Positions 40,801 through 49,946 of a DNA stretch of 64,000 nucleotides are shown here, one piece after another. The stretch spans positions 29,533-93,532 of the IMG/VR virus record IMGVR_UViG_3300044712_000340, one strand, 5' to 3'. A model generated the notes under the pieces. The model saw nothing but the letters and a program-made list of their open reading frames with translations. It was not told the DNA's origin and did no database searches. Positions within the stretch are counted from its first letter, which is position 1, and each line of letters begins with the position of its first letter. The position numbers were made by a program, and so were the translations under genes. This stretch comes from a virus.

Positions 40801-42255
40801 TAAATCTCTTGTCCTATTTTTAAGATATTGATTCATGCTATAAGTGTAAATACTTTTATCTCCTACTCTAAAAGAGTTACTAAAATCTCTATCGTCAAAT
40901 TTAGCATTACCGTGTGCTAAAGCTTTTATTAAAGAATCATCAGTAAATTCAAAATTTTCTACATCTCCTGCATAATTACTAGCATCTGTTAATAGTCTGT
41001 CTAATATTCCCCCTTTAGAAATTAAATCAAACCATGCTTTTCCTTTTTTATCATTATGTAGTCTTACAGTTTTTCCACCAAAGAATAGACTATTTATATA
41101 CTTTGGATGTAAATTAATACCTAAAGAAGACATTAAATTACCAAACATAGTAGCTTGGTAGGCTCTTTTATTTTCTATATCTACTGGAGGTTTTCTAATA
41201 CTTTCTAATCTTGCTTTTAAATTTGAAAGTTCTATGTTAGAATATTTACCTTCTTGTACAACATTAGAATTATAGTGTTCTTTCTTCCAGTTTTGTAGTA
41301 TCCTATTAGATGTACTTCCAGAATCATCTTCATTTATAAATAATTGAAACTCTTTGTATGAATTTCCATTTTTATCTTTTTTATTTACAGTATTATAGCT
41401 TACATAAGTCATGTTTATTTTATGTTTGTTCATCTCTGAAACAAACTGACTTTGTACATCTTCTGGAGCTTCTTTAAAATACTTTATAAAATCTTCTAAC
41501 CAAACTAAATTTTTATTAGAAGATTCTTTTGCTTCATCTGATTCTTTTTGCAGTCTATTTATTACATCATCTTTAGATGCTTTTACACCTGCTAGAACTC
41601 TATGTAATTCATTAAATACATATTCAAAATCATTAAATTCTTTAAGACCTATTACATTAGTAACAGGTACTATTTTCCCATCTTCATAATTTCTTTTTTC
41701 TACAAAAGCTAAAAACTTCTTTACTTTAGCTGATAGTGTATCTCTTGTATTTAATTCTAAATAGAAATTATTAGAATGATTATTTCTTTCTAATTGTCCT
41801 TCAGCTTCAGGACTGGTATCTACTGTATCATCAGAATCATCTTCTTCCTTATTTGTATCTGACTTTACAACTACACTATTTAATGTATTCAATATAGTAT
41901 TAGCTTGGTCTACTAATTTATCTATATTTGATTTTACATTATTTAATCTTTCTATTTGTTCTCTTACAGATAGTATACCATCTTCATCTTCTAGTAATTC
42001 TAAAGTAGTAATACTTTCATTATAGTTTTGTATTTCTTTATCTATATGACTAATTATATTACTGGTTATATCATTAGAACTTAATTTATTATCAGATAAA
42101 CTATTTCTATATAATTCATTAGCTATACTTTCTGCTATAGCTCTTTGTTGTGTAAAATCCAATCCTTTAATGAACATTCCTTGATGTTCATCTAATATCT
42201 CTTGTCTATCTGTATTAGATAAAAATTTACTTTTTGGTGTAGCACAATTAGCCAT
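34900..42255 (-). CDS. virion RNA polymerase (crAss-type single-chain two-barrel RNAP) with zincin-like domain
   Basis: GFRIPTQ...QMGSDFDVDKLY (38431-38445), DAQEY, QPLKP, SAVKVG, RIQQD; LHETLH...LNEFVA. Confidence 0.9.
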   Translation of the reverse strand: MANCATPKSKFLSNTDRQEILDEHQGMFIKGLDFTQQRAIAESIANELYRNSLSDNKLSSNDITSNIISHIDKEIQNYNESITTLELLEDEDGILSVREQIERLNNVKSNIDKLVDQANTILNTLNSVVVKSDTNKEEDDSDDTVDTSPEAEGQLERNNHSNNFYLELNTRDTLSAKVKKFLAFVEKRNYEDGKIVPVTNVIGLKEFNDFEYVFNELHRVLAGVKASKDDVINRLQKESDEAKESSNKNLVWLEDFIKYFKEAPEDVQSQFVSEMNKHKINMTYVSYNTVNKKDKNGNSYKEFQLFINEDDSGSTSNRILQNWKKEHYNSNVVQEGKYSNIELSNLKARLESIRKPPVDIENKRAYQATMFGNLMSSLGINLHPKYINSLFFGGKTVRLHNDKKGKAWFDLISKGGILDRLLTDASNYAGDVENFEFTDDSLIKALAHGNAKFDDRDFSNSFRVGDKSIYTYSMNQYLKNRTRDLRSDDPFLREELTKTIFTQDSLYLAQLNNPEEDFKDWFEIDYLSLQPLKVQQGRRSDSVTEMSPLDYEVTKYGHYMSRTSFDDIEVNGTDYKVRKATYFFPTNSDKSRVMTMKGLAFEATDSNKFTQQSLELFYNFIVLPEIKRIYQTNSKEFKEKANLKTFNGGIFYLLPSLNDLVFENGESILNVARNTDTLTENQKLEVYTKIKEALNSLTDEKIDKWKEVGIIEKDVLLHLPQVQTSKSTKENRKYYSTRELAMNEVFNYALANANMFQLVIGDPAQYNKGGKTIADEIKNTYDNLTKRLAAEIAPGIEMEGPDYLQVFIDELQSDSTSYDYLKELIGEEAASQYLNMKEADAQEYTTWKEHLDILKSLGKITNEEYNEAFKAFKDGKEPSKEVFYKVLQPLKPVYVWNEIINVPGSTPTYYDRKMYIKSSSFPLIPTLTKGLQIDRFRVAMEALENSTTKNPEGLGVRAAVASAVKVGMPIKSLKLTKDKQGNFVDNIDLEGTYIRLKRKGFRIQQDIPYDENVSEVNDGTQQKKLLFTNYSNPRLEAEYNDTYRKLYELNLSEFRERLLNKYGEIDNSKIAEILVEELKGRGETSKPLYDGLKVLDNKFSIPLWLSPYADTYMSLLNSVVKKIISHKLKGKSFVLGSKAGFKPDIIEGEEAVDWIEKNKTGIVFTDSYDPTKGLQIQRDENGTIKGAQVLIPFKFRDNEGKLLKLKEFLVPGTNKLDYQKLPKDILEAFGFRIPTQLHASMSYIEIVGFLPKVNGDLIIAPAEFTTQMGSDFDVDKLYTYMYQTAYDKETKTLTKAELIEDYDYLKTLVDPKELKLLKKRYKAGLHNKLLDIHLEVMKDKALQANVHLPLGFGLYDSMIKEMEQYVSKPIISILSDQYQENKFYDGVSGKGGVGLFSSDSIFNALAQNKNLTLTQGLDSDGNIIGIKVEFGNTYNPVYSTDREGNTIDNLSKVKSQKKENPRYKTEVIAAAQNLSVDNANKQGMHVVNMNKYTFGVYSILNFLGFEEDISAPFMSQPIIRDYVRLMKNSNSILTEYSPNKEKEIVEELKKKYSNDKYIAEEHSKLADFRGEDASKAMLSMLKDREKYKNFGLYQASILDKFMYLKNIERPIGPIKQLLNLDSKGFSKNMYINKRRLNVLYNSENSKVLNVVNLFGVQEGDTIIPTTTVGYDNIYGNKTLVNSFGEQFLESNPAMEFNNIVTTVEAIKGDEKQLSEAALVKLKNEYKNYLTSNIRVNNIDDVRKDLFLNKSKGSFYDRLTKFKNTIYGKENRFLNKLTVVFDKVVEIDYNNSGGDSFDETATYKSFIDLFNDSNDRNGIVPSDLAEELIVYSLLRGGNKAQQFLKFIPISALNKILDIPQQGNTDIFVDQWIRHNPKEAVLIDKSKVVTVKGSNQIKLTIPASKYIRIQISEKEYGLYRMVPDSNNYERVNTLGKSNTTEYTPYDKTNSIIQTNNVVKINNPKVNINPLSGRENIQSSIVDENITGSKVNSVVTTDELNFNSLHDLLASITNISLDGYSDQVKLAKVLLENIDPNTKLTNDNTINSMHMVDNNTININTDLKSGKDLITTILHETLHSLSNKFIFDFINNKQIPVEIHQALTRLNGYKNQVIDSIKDKDSFDLFFVRLFNKYISENKIDKVKNILSNKTIHARIRELANEALLRQDQIAKKQNITNERYDSLSKSDKVLTNNQGYFYYSLLNLNEFVAVAGSQPNIREHLITITGNKYAEGIKNLFEKILEFLGIAKDESAKFLNDIFTVSNIKEEIIEKPKVEKQVEPVQQVNKEDSLEDLHLTALEEEGRQLQEKCKGSTFKAEKGMRSNFTGGSEWNLVSDLKGNTHEQGGIDVFIEGSNIKYAKYGMYVKSNLNEEDLIVQENKSNFTVPLYSGGWEIVKDLKGATHAEGGINLEVINGNVHFAKGESKIHAKCGCLIRHTPKVETEVAVKTRIKKNK

Positions 42256-42264
42256 AACTATAAT

Positions 42265-45200
42265 TTATTGTATACAATACTTATCTTTATCATTAAATTT
42301 ATCTGCCTTTGAAGCGTTAGTCATTGCCTTGATTAACTCTTCTAAAGATAATTCCCCTCTGTCAACTTTTATCAAAAACTTATTATAGAATTCATCATAA
42401 GTCATTTTCTTAGTTTCTAACAACTGTTTTATTTCTGATATAGTTTCATAATTCTTTTTTACTATAGTAGTTTCTATATCTAAAGGTTGTTGTATAGATT
42501 CTTGTTTTTTCTCTACAATAGGTTCTTCTAATTCTTTTATCATCATATCAAATCTTGTAATATGCTGAATTACATAACCATATCCACCATCTTTTAGTTC
42601 TGTACTGTTTCCTAAAGTAGTAGTATTAGGTTTCATGAATTCATTATAAGTTCCTTCAAAAGTAGTTAAATTTCCTTCAATATCTAAACCTGTATAGTAA
42701 AAAGGTTGTTTTGTATTTAGATTCTTTTTATTTATATTAAATAACATCTCTTTTAGAATAAGATTTTCTATTTTATCCCAAGTTTTAGCATCTACTTGTG
42801 ACTTTTTAGATAAACTAATTACTTTAGTTTTACCTATTTTTACAACACCCTTTTCTACTGTTAATACAGGAACTGGTTTACTAAGTGCTTTATTTTCTAC
42901 ATATTTTTCTACTGGTAGAGTTTCATCATAATACATATGTATTAACTTATTTAAAAAAGTTGTTAATCCTTCCATAGTTTTTAAATCTATAGATTCTGAA
43001 GGGTTATTTAAATAAGCATCATATAAAGCAGAATTAACAGCAGTATCTTGTTTTATATAAATTTCTAAAGCTGTTCTAATAGTTTTTGCTTGCTCTGGTG
43101 TTAGTCTACTATTATATATAGGCTCTGCCCAATATTGCATAATACCATTTTTCTTGCCTAAAGGCATTGCAGCAAATACTATGTTGTTATTATAATTAAT
43201 AAGTTGTTCAGCATTGATTATATTATTACTTGCTGATTTATTATTCTTTACAATTAAAGTACCTGTAGTCTTATCTGCAAACTGTAATTCAGTAGAAGGA
43301 AAAGCTTTTGCTGTATTTTGAGGTTTAGTTTTTCTATTTATAACTCCCCCCTTAAATCCTCCAGTAGGAGCCATCTCTATAACTTTACCTGTACATTGTG
43401 TTTGTATAGGAGTGTTGTTTGTTGAAGATAGTCTAGAAACTAAAGATTTTCTAAAGTCTTTTAATAACTGCCTACTGTTCTCTATTACATTATCTGCAAC
43501 ATTTAATTTATTGATCCAAGCAGTATTATGCACATAAGCTATAGTTCCATCTTCATCAGAAGTTATTTTTATAGGCCAGTAATCATAAATAGTTTCATAG
43601 AACTTATAACTCATTTTATGTTTAGAAGAGAATTCTTTCCAAGATTTTTCAGTTTTACTAGCTTCTAACATATCTTTCCAATTAACTACAACCCCACTAC
43701 TTAAAGTAATAGGCCCATCATAATCAGTATCTAATGATAGATTTACTATATCACCTTCATTATATTTGTTTGGATTTAATACACTATCTCCTTTAATTTC
43801 ATCATTAATAGATGAGAATCTACTTACCTTACTTTCATCTTTTCTAAGTATGTATTCCTGTGATAGATAGGCCATACTAGTAGTAGGCATTTCATTCTTT
43901 TTATCATCATTTGTAATATCATCATTTAGATATACATCCATTATAGCTTCTGAATTAGAGCCAGGTTGTATATACTTAGTTGCTGTTTCTATTGTATGAT
44001 TTATAATAGATTCAGTAATCATGTTATTAGGATCAGTATAATCAGGTACTACTATATTATAGTGTTCTTCATAAGTTTTTGCTAAATTAGGAAATGTCCT
44101 AGAACCTCTAACAAATTCACCTACTAGACTTACATAATGCTGTTTAGTTAAGACAGGATTTACTTTATTGAACAAATCTATAAAGTCATTGAAACTTTTA
44201 AATATGTCTTTATTAGTCTCTTTTAAATAATCTAATCTTAATTTGTTTACTAGTCCTGCTATTTTCTCACTTAAACTTCTAGTATCTTCTGTATTGGATA
44301 AATTAGGTAAATCCTCACTAGCATTATTTTGTAATGTAGTCAAAGATATAGCTTCAAATATAGTATTAACACTACTTTCTATATTTGCACTAATACCTGA
44401 CGTATCTATTGATGTTGTTATATTAGCTTTCTCTTTATAATTGTTATAAAGTTTAATAGCTGTTTGTATTAAATCAGTATCTCTATCTATTATAGATTTA
44501 TGATTTGTTTTATTATTGTTATATTGTTTTTGAAAATACTCTATATCTGATTCACTAGGTATTATAGGTTCCTGTAATCCATCTTCTTCACTGGCTTGAT
44601 TAAAGAATTGTTTTAAATTAGTTTCAAGATCTTTATTGTTATATACAGGTACATCATTCATAGTATTAACTGTACCTTCTAATAATTCATCTATATGGTC
44701 TAACTTATTTAAAGTTAATTCATCTTTAGTTTCTTTATTAAGTTTGTCTTTTATTACTTGTAATTCTTCTGGTGTTTTAGTACTTACTTCTTTTTTAAAA
44801 TTATCAAAACTACTTTCTTCATTTGTTTTAGTTTTTACACTAGGTTTTTTATTTTCAGAAGTAGTTTTCTTTACATTATTTTCATTCTGTAAAATTTTAA
44901 TCCTAGTAGCTATTGCTTCATCATTAGGAAATTCCTTTTGAAGTTGTTGCAATTGGTATACACTATTTATTGAAGGTAACTCAGAATAAATACCTAAAAG
45001 TTTTCCATTCTTTTTAGCTTCTTCTATTAAGTCTAATTGAGTAGATTTAGAAGTAATGTCTTCTAAATGATTATTAAATTCATTTAAAGTAGATTTACCT
45101 TTTTCTATAGTTTTAAGTAAGTCTTTTTTATCTTTCTCACTTGTCTTTGGATCATTTACTTGATTCTCAAAAGCTTTCAACTGTTTCTCCCATATATCAA

Positions 45201-46971
45201 TATTTCTTTTTGTTAGAAATACGTCTTCTGAGTTAATATATTTTTTAGACTTTACCCAATCTTCTTCCATAGAATCTAAGTCTTTTAAAAACTTCGTAGA
45301 CTCTGTTCCAGGATTAGCTTTTAATACTTCTCTTAATTGATCTGTAGTTCCATTAATAAAATTCTTAGCTGCTATATTAAAGAATGTTAAGTCTTTAGCT
45401 TGTCGCATCATTTCATCATTACCAAATTCAGCAGCTACTTTCTTCATAGCTTCAGAAGCTTCAGTAACTTTTACACTTTCTACAAATTGATTTGAAGCAT
45501 TAAATAATGCTTTATTATTATTATATACTTCTTGTTGTCTATTGTAATCTTCTAATTGTTTTTTATTTCTTTCTTTTCTAGTAAAAGAACCTACAAGGGT
45601 AGACTGAAATGGACCTGCTAATGCTCCTAACCATCCAGCTACTTGGGCTTGTGTAGAAGACATCATTTGCAGACTTCTTACAAAGAAATCATCAGACATA
45701 GAGTCTGGATTAAACCCTGCTTGTTTAGCATAAGATTTTCTTTGGTCATCATTTAATCTTGATTTTATATCTTTATAAATATCATAAAGACCTTCCATCT
45801 GGGCTTTTTGTTGCCACATTTCTTCAAGACCTTCTTTAGGTGCTCCTAAAACTAAGTCTTTACCTGCTTCCAATAAGGTAGACCTTAATCCAGGTTTCAT
45901 TATTTTCTCAGCGATATATTCTGTTTTTGAAGGGAATAATTTTCTTAACATTAAAGCATCTCCAGCTACAGTCATCATAGTCATATCAAAAGCATGATTA
46001 CCTGCTTTATTAGCTTCTTTAATTGCTTCTTGTTTAGTTAATGTTCCATCCTCTATTAAAGGATTTAATTGTGATAAAGCAGTATTGTAAGAATCTAATC
46101 CTTCCATTCTAGCCTCTGCTCCTTTAGTAAGAATAGCACTTGCTCCTGGGCCTAATTCATTCATTATACCAGGATTTTTTGTTTGAAGTAATTTTACATA
46201 AGCATCTGTTCTTTCTAGTTTACTTCCTACATTTGCTAAACTTTCTACCACAGAAGGAATCTTTTTAACTTTATTTAATTCTAATAAAGCTTTACTATAT
46301 TTACCTAAATCTACTAATCCTTCTATAGCAAGTTTGGACATTCCTTTAACTGCTGCTCCTGCCCCCCAACCTGTTAGTGCAAACCCCATTATAGAATCTA
46401 CTGTTCCTTTTAAAGCATTCCAGTTAAATACTTGTGAAGCAACACTTGTTCCTTGATTTTCATATATAGGCATATTTTCTTCTGTAGCACCTTTTATACT
46501 TTCACCAAGTTTTTGTAATCCAGAAGATACTAATTGATTGGGTAAGTAGTCTACTAAGCCTAAAGACTTATTAGCATTAAAATCTATATCACTAAACATA
46601 GCTTTGTAAGTATCTATATCAGTAATATAACCTATATCTTCTACAAAAGTACCTATGCCAGATAACATACCACCTACTATAGAATTAAACCCTTTATTTA
46701 AAGTAGATTGTGTATCTATTCTATGTTTTTCTAACTCAGCATAACTTTCTCCAGCAAACCCTTTATCATATCTATTTACTTCATCTCCAGATCTAACAAA
46801 TGTTCCTACACCTGGAAGTATTACAGTACCTTTCTTAGGATTAGTTATAACACTACTAAATCTATAGGGGTTTCTAGGAGGTATATCTGTACCTTCTATA
46901 TTATTTTGTACTGCATTATTTTCAGAAAGATAGTCTATACCTTCTTCTCCAGTTGTATTATATAAAGCCAT
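42265..46971 (-). CDS. large virion cargo/ejection protein
   Basis: Start MALYNTT at 46971 preferred; Gly/Ala-rich hydrophobic segments, EGLEEMWQ; directly upstream of vRNAP. Confidence 0.65.
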   Translation of the reverse strand: MALYNTTGEEGIDYLSENNAVQNNIEGTDIPPRNPYRFSSVITNPKKGTVILPGVGTFVRSGDEVNRYDKGFAGESYAELEKHRIDTQSTLNKGFNSIVGGMLSGIGTFVEDIGYITDIDTYKAMFSDIDFNANKSLGLVDYLPNQLVSSGLQKLGESIKGATEENMPIYENQGTSVASQVFNWNALKGTVDSIMGFALTGWGAGAAVKGMSKLAIEGLVDLGKYSKALLELNKVKKIPSVVESLANVGSKLERTDAYVKLLQTKNPGIMNELGPGASAILTKGAEARMEGLDSYNTALSQLNPLIEDGTLTKQEAIKEANKAGNHAFDMTMMTVAGDALMLRKLFPSKTEYIAEKIMKPGLRSTLLEAGKDLVLGAPKEGLEEMWQQKAQMEGLYDIYKDIKSRLNDDQRKSYAKQAGFNPDSMSDDFFVRSLQMMSSTQAQVAGWLGALAGPFQSTLVGSFTRKERNKKQLEDYNRQQEVYNNNKALFNASNQFVESVKVTEASEAMKKVAAEFGNDEMMRQAKDLTFFNIAAKNFINGTTDQLREVLKANPGTESTKFLKDLDSMEEDWVKSKKYINSEDVFLTKRNIDIWEKQLKAFENQVNDPKTSEKDKKDLLKTIEKGKSTLNEFNNHLEDITSKSTQLDLIEEAKKNGKLLGIYSELPSINSVYQLQQLQKEFPNDEAIATRIKILQNENNVKKTTSENKKPSVKTKTNEESSFDNFKKEVSTKTPEELQVIKDKLNKETKDELTLNKLDHIDELLEGTVNTMNDVPVYNNKDLETNLKQFFNQASEEDGLQEPIIPSESDIEYFQKQYNNNKTNHKSIIDRDTDLIQTAIKLYNNYKEKANITTSIDTSGISANIESSVNTIFEAISLTTLQNNASEDLPNLSNTEDTRSLSEKIAGLVNKLRLDYLKETNKDIFKSFNDFIDLFNKVNPVLTKQHYVSLVGEFVRGSRTFPNLAKTYEEHYNIVVPDYTDPNNMITESIINHTIETATKYIQPGSNSEAIMDVYLNDDITNDDKKNEMPTTSMAYLSQEYILRKDESKVSRFSSINDEIKGDSVLNPNKYNEGDIVNLSLDTDYDGPITLSSGVVVNWKDMLEASKTEKSWKEFSSKHKMSYKFYETIYDYWPIKITSDEDGTIAYVHNTAWINKLNVADNVIENSRQLLKDFRKSLVSRLSSTNNTPIQTQCTGKVIEMAPTGGFKGGVINRKTKPQNTAKAFPSTELQFADKTTGTLIVKNNKSASNNIINAEQLINYNNNIVFAAMPLGKKNGIMQYWAEPIYNSRLTPEQAKTIRTALEIYIKQDTAVNSALYDAYLNNPSESIDLKTMEGLTTFLNKLIHMYYDETLPVEKYVENKALSKPVPVLTVEKGVVKIGKTKVISLSKKSQVDAKTWDKIENLILKEMLFNINKKNLNTKQPFYYTGLDIEGNLTTFEGTYNEFMKPNTTTLGNSTELKDGGYGYVIQHITRFDMMIKELEEPIVEKKQESIQQPLDIETTIVKKNYETISEIKQLLETKKMTYDEFYNKFLIKVDRGELSLEELIKAMTNASKADKFNDKDKYCIQ

Positions 46972-46972
46972 A

Positions 46973-49000
46973 TTATTTTTTAGTGTTAGAAACCATCTCA
47001 TTAAAACTTTCTAAATCTACAGTCTTACTTAGACTGTTTTCATCAGCTTCCCAATAATTATTTCCATCTGTAGATAGTAAGAATTGCGATTTATGCCCTT
47101 CTTTATCTGATTTAATTTCAGATCTTCTTAACCAAGCTTGCTTAGGATTTCCTTCTTCATCAAACCATACTACAGGAGCTTCTTCACCTAAAGATAAACT
47201 AAACATAGTTTTATTAAGTCTGTCTATTCTTCTATACTCAGGTTTATCTTTTATATCAGGTCTTACTGTAGTCATATATTGATTTCCTTTAGAGTCCATA
47301 ACTATATAACCGCCTGTCAATCCTTCTATAAATTTACCTGTTTCTTTATCTATCAAAGATACTGAACCTAGTGGAATTATACCTGTTTTAGATGATCCAT
47401 TATTTTTGGTTCTTAAATCATCTACAACTGCTTTTTTCTCATCTGGATTTAATTGTTTTCCATCTAAAGTATAATAAGCTCTTTCACCTAAAGTTAAATC
47501 TACACCTGCATTCTCAGGTTTATTTTTAGTATCTAATCCCCATTCTGTCATTATAGCTTCGCCTACATAAGCTTTAGGTGTGTATTGTTCTTCTTGTTGA
47601 GCTAATAAATAAGGTTTTAATTCTTTCCATACAGATTTTATAGCTTCCTTATCATTACTTTTTAGAGCCCTCATTACTCTAAACTTATTCACTTTACCAG
47701 TATTAATTAAATCTTTTATACCTTCATGGTAGAATTTAATTAACTCTAATTGTTTATTAGTGTCTTCTACATGGTTTATTGCTTCATATACAACTTTACC
47801 AGCATTGACTAATTGTCTCACTCCTTCTACTGGGCCAAAACCTGCTAATCTATCTAAAGCATTTCCTGATGTAAGTTTACCTGTTCCCCAATTAATTAAA
47901 CTAAATAAAGGGTTAGTCTGTGCCACTCCTTCAAATCCTGTAATAGATTTATTTTCTTTATTTTTAACTCCTTTACCAAAATATTTATTTGCTGCTACAT
48001 TCCAAGCATCTATTGATCCAGATGCAGTTGTTTTTACGTCTTCGCTTAAAGGATTAGTAATCATTTTCTTAGGTAAATTCTCTGTAGGTATTTCATTATT
48101 TGTTACAGCATTGTTTTTACCATCCATTAATTGCCTAGTCTTATTAGATACTTGAGTTACATCTTTAGTATCTAAATACATTTTCTTGTATTTATCTATA
48201 GTAGCATCTATATCTTCTTGGGTAAGTCCTACATATTTAGCATACTTACCTCTTTCAGTAGTAGGATCATTGTATTCAGACTTTAACATTTTAATAGTTT
48301 CTTCTAAATTCTGAAGATTACTAGCTTGTGTTCTTTCCCCTTGCCCTGGAGTAGTATACACAGAAGAAACCCCACCAGTAGTAGGGTCTTGTATTTGTTC
48401 AAATTTACCTTCTCCACCACCTATAGGCGTAGACTTTACCCAACCTTTAGAAGACGCTCTGTATAATTCTTCTGTAATATCTTTAGGCATATCAATATAC
48501 TTTTCACCTAAATCACCTACAAAAGTAGAAACAGTACCATCTTCATTAAATGAACCTTGCCAAGGAGTATATACTTTACTTTTTATAAGTTCCCCATACC
48601 AAGCAGGATGTGTACCTCTCATAGTCATTTCGTCTACTTGGTTTCTCCAAGTATCTACTCTCTTCTTATTTTCTTCTGCTTGATTTATAGTTGTCTTATA
48701 TATATTATCTCTTGTTTTCTTTAGAGATATTACATCATTTATTGTTTGAGTATTGACTCCATTAGATGCTATATCCTCAACAACTTTATTTTTATTTTCA
48801 TCGATACCTTGAATCATTGTAGATACTTTACCTAAGTCTTTATCATCTACATTGTACTCTGTATTAATTCTATTAATAGCAGAAACACCTTCAGCAGAAG
48901 CTTGTGCCTTAGCTAAAGGTACTCTGGATAATTCCTCAAAACTTAAAGGATTTAAAATCAGAGGTTGAGGATTTTGTGTATATCTATTTACTACTGGCAT
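46973..49000 (-). CDS. virion cargo protein
   Basis: 675 aa; NRY...PLSFEEL start; position in cargo block. Confidence 0.6.
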   Translation of the reverse strand: MPVVNRYTQNPQPLILNPLSFEELSRVPLAKAQASAEGVSAINRINTEYNVDDKDLGKVSTMIQGIDENKNKVVEDIASNGVNTQTINDVISLKKTRDNIYKTTINQAEENKKRVDTWRNQVDEMTMRGTHPAWYGELIKSKVYTPWQGSFNEDGTVSTFVGDLGEKYIDMPKDITEELYRASSKGWVKSTPIGGGEGKFEQIQDPTTGGVSSVYTTPGQGERTQASNLQNLEETIKMLKSEYNDPTTERGKYAKYVGLTQEDIDATIDKYKKMYLDTKDVTQVSNKTRQLMDGKNNAVTNNEIPTENLPKKMITNPLSEDVKTTASGSIDAWNVAANKYFGKGVKNKENKSITGFEGVAQTNPLFSLINWGTGKLTSGNALDRLAGFGPVEGVRQLVNAGKVVYEAINHVEDTNKQLELIKFYHEGIKDLINTGKVNKFRVMRALKSNDKEAIKSVWKELKPYLLAQQEEQYTPKAYVGEAIMTEWGLDTKNKPENAGVDLTLGERAYYTLDGKQLNPDEKKAVVDDLRTKNNGSSKTGIIPLGSVSLIDKETGKFIEGLTGGYIVMDSKGNQYMTTVRPDIKDKPEYRRIDRLNKTMFSLSLGEEAPVVWFDEEGNPKQAWLRRSEIKSDKEGHKSQFLLSTDGNNYWEADENSLSKTVDLESFNEMVSNTKK

Positions 49001-49010
49001 ATGTACTTGT

Positions 49011-49946
49011 TTATTGTCCTTTTAATATTCCAATCCTACCCATTTCTTTACCATATTTTTTAGCTTGCATAAGATTGAATAAACTTTGTCCTACAGCACC
49101 TATATTGGCCCCTTGAGCTTGTTTATATGCTGCTAATTGATTATAATATGCTGCTGAATTTTGTTGATTAATATCGTAGGCTCTATCTTTTTGTCCTATA
49201 TTAAATTGTTGTATATTACTTCTTAATCCTTGTATTCTTGCTCTTTCTTGTGCATCTGCTAAATCAGATTGTAACATTAAATTACCAGCAGTACCTAATA
49301 AAGTAGAATTTAAGTTAGCCATACCTTGAGCATATTGAGAATAATTTCCTCCTGTTTGAGATAAGTTATATTTTTGAGTAGATGCTTGTTCTGATAAGTT
49401 TCTTAACAATTGTTGTCTATTTACTAAATTAGGTTGATATTGTTGTTCATTCAATAATTCAGGAACATAAGTATCAGACTTTTGTAAAGACTTCATTGCT
49501 CTTCTATTAGAAATCATAGGGCCTAATATACTAGCAGCAACTCCAGCTATACCTAAAGTAGTATCTAAATTATTTCTATCATTTCTCATTAACCAAGAAT
49601 CTGGAGACATTTGTTTTTTAAACCAATTAGGTTTTATATTACCTGCATAAGGATTTACTATTTCATGATTTTGGGATGCGTCCTCTTCATATAAAGGAGT
49701 ATTACTTTCAGGCCAATCAGGATCACCATTAGCCATTTGATTAATACTCCTGTATTGAGTAATGTTTTCTTGCTTTTGTCTTTCATTTTCTTGTACATCT
49801 TTAAGTCTAGACATTAAAGTTTGCTTAGTTCTAATGTCTATAGAAGACAATCTATTTTTGAATATTTTTTCAATATCTTTGGATGCATCAGCAAAAGACT
49901 TACCTGTTAGTCTGTTAGGTAACCCATATTCATATTTTAAATTCAT
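49011..49946 (-). CDS. virion cargo protein (Gln-rich, one hydrophobic helix)
   Basis: KSFADASKDI...LKDVQE; LGIAGVAASILG; resembles the distal part of crAss cargo protein 1. Confidence 0.55.
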   Translation of the reverse strand: MNLKYEYGLPNRLTGKSFADASKDIEKIFKNRLSSIDIRTKQTLMSRLKDVQENERQKQENITQYRSINQMANGDPDWPESNTPLYEEDASQNHEIVNPYAGNIKPNWFKKQMSPDSWLMRNDRNNLDTTLGIAGVAASILGPMISNRRAMKSLQKSDTYVPELLNEQQYQPNLVNRQQLLRNLSEQASTQKYNLSQTGGNYSQYAQGMANLNSTLLGTAGNLMLQSDLADAQERARIQGLRSNIQQFNIGQKDRAYDINQQNSAAYYNQLAAYKQAQGANIGAVGQSLFNLMQAKKYGKEMGRIGILKGQ

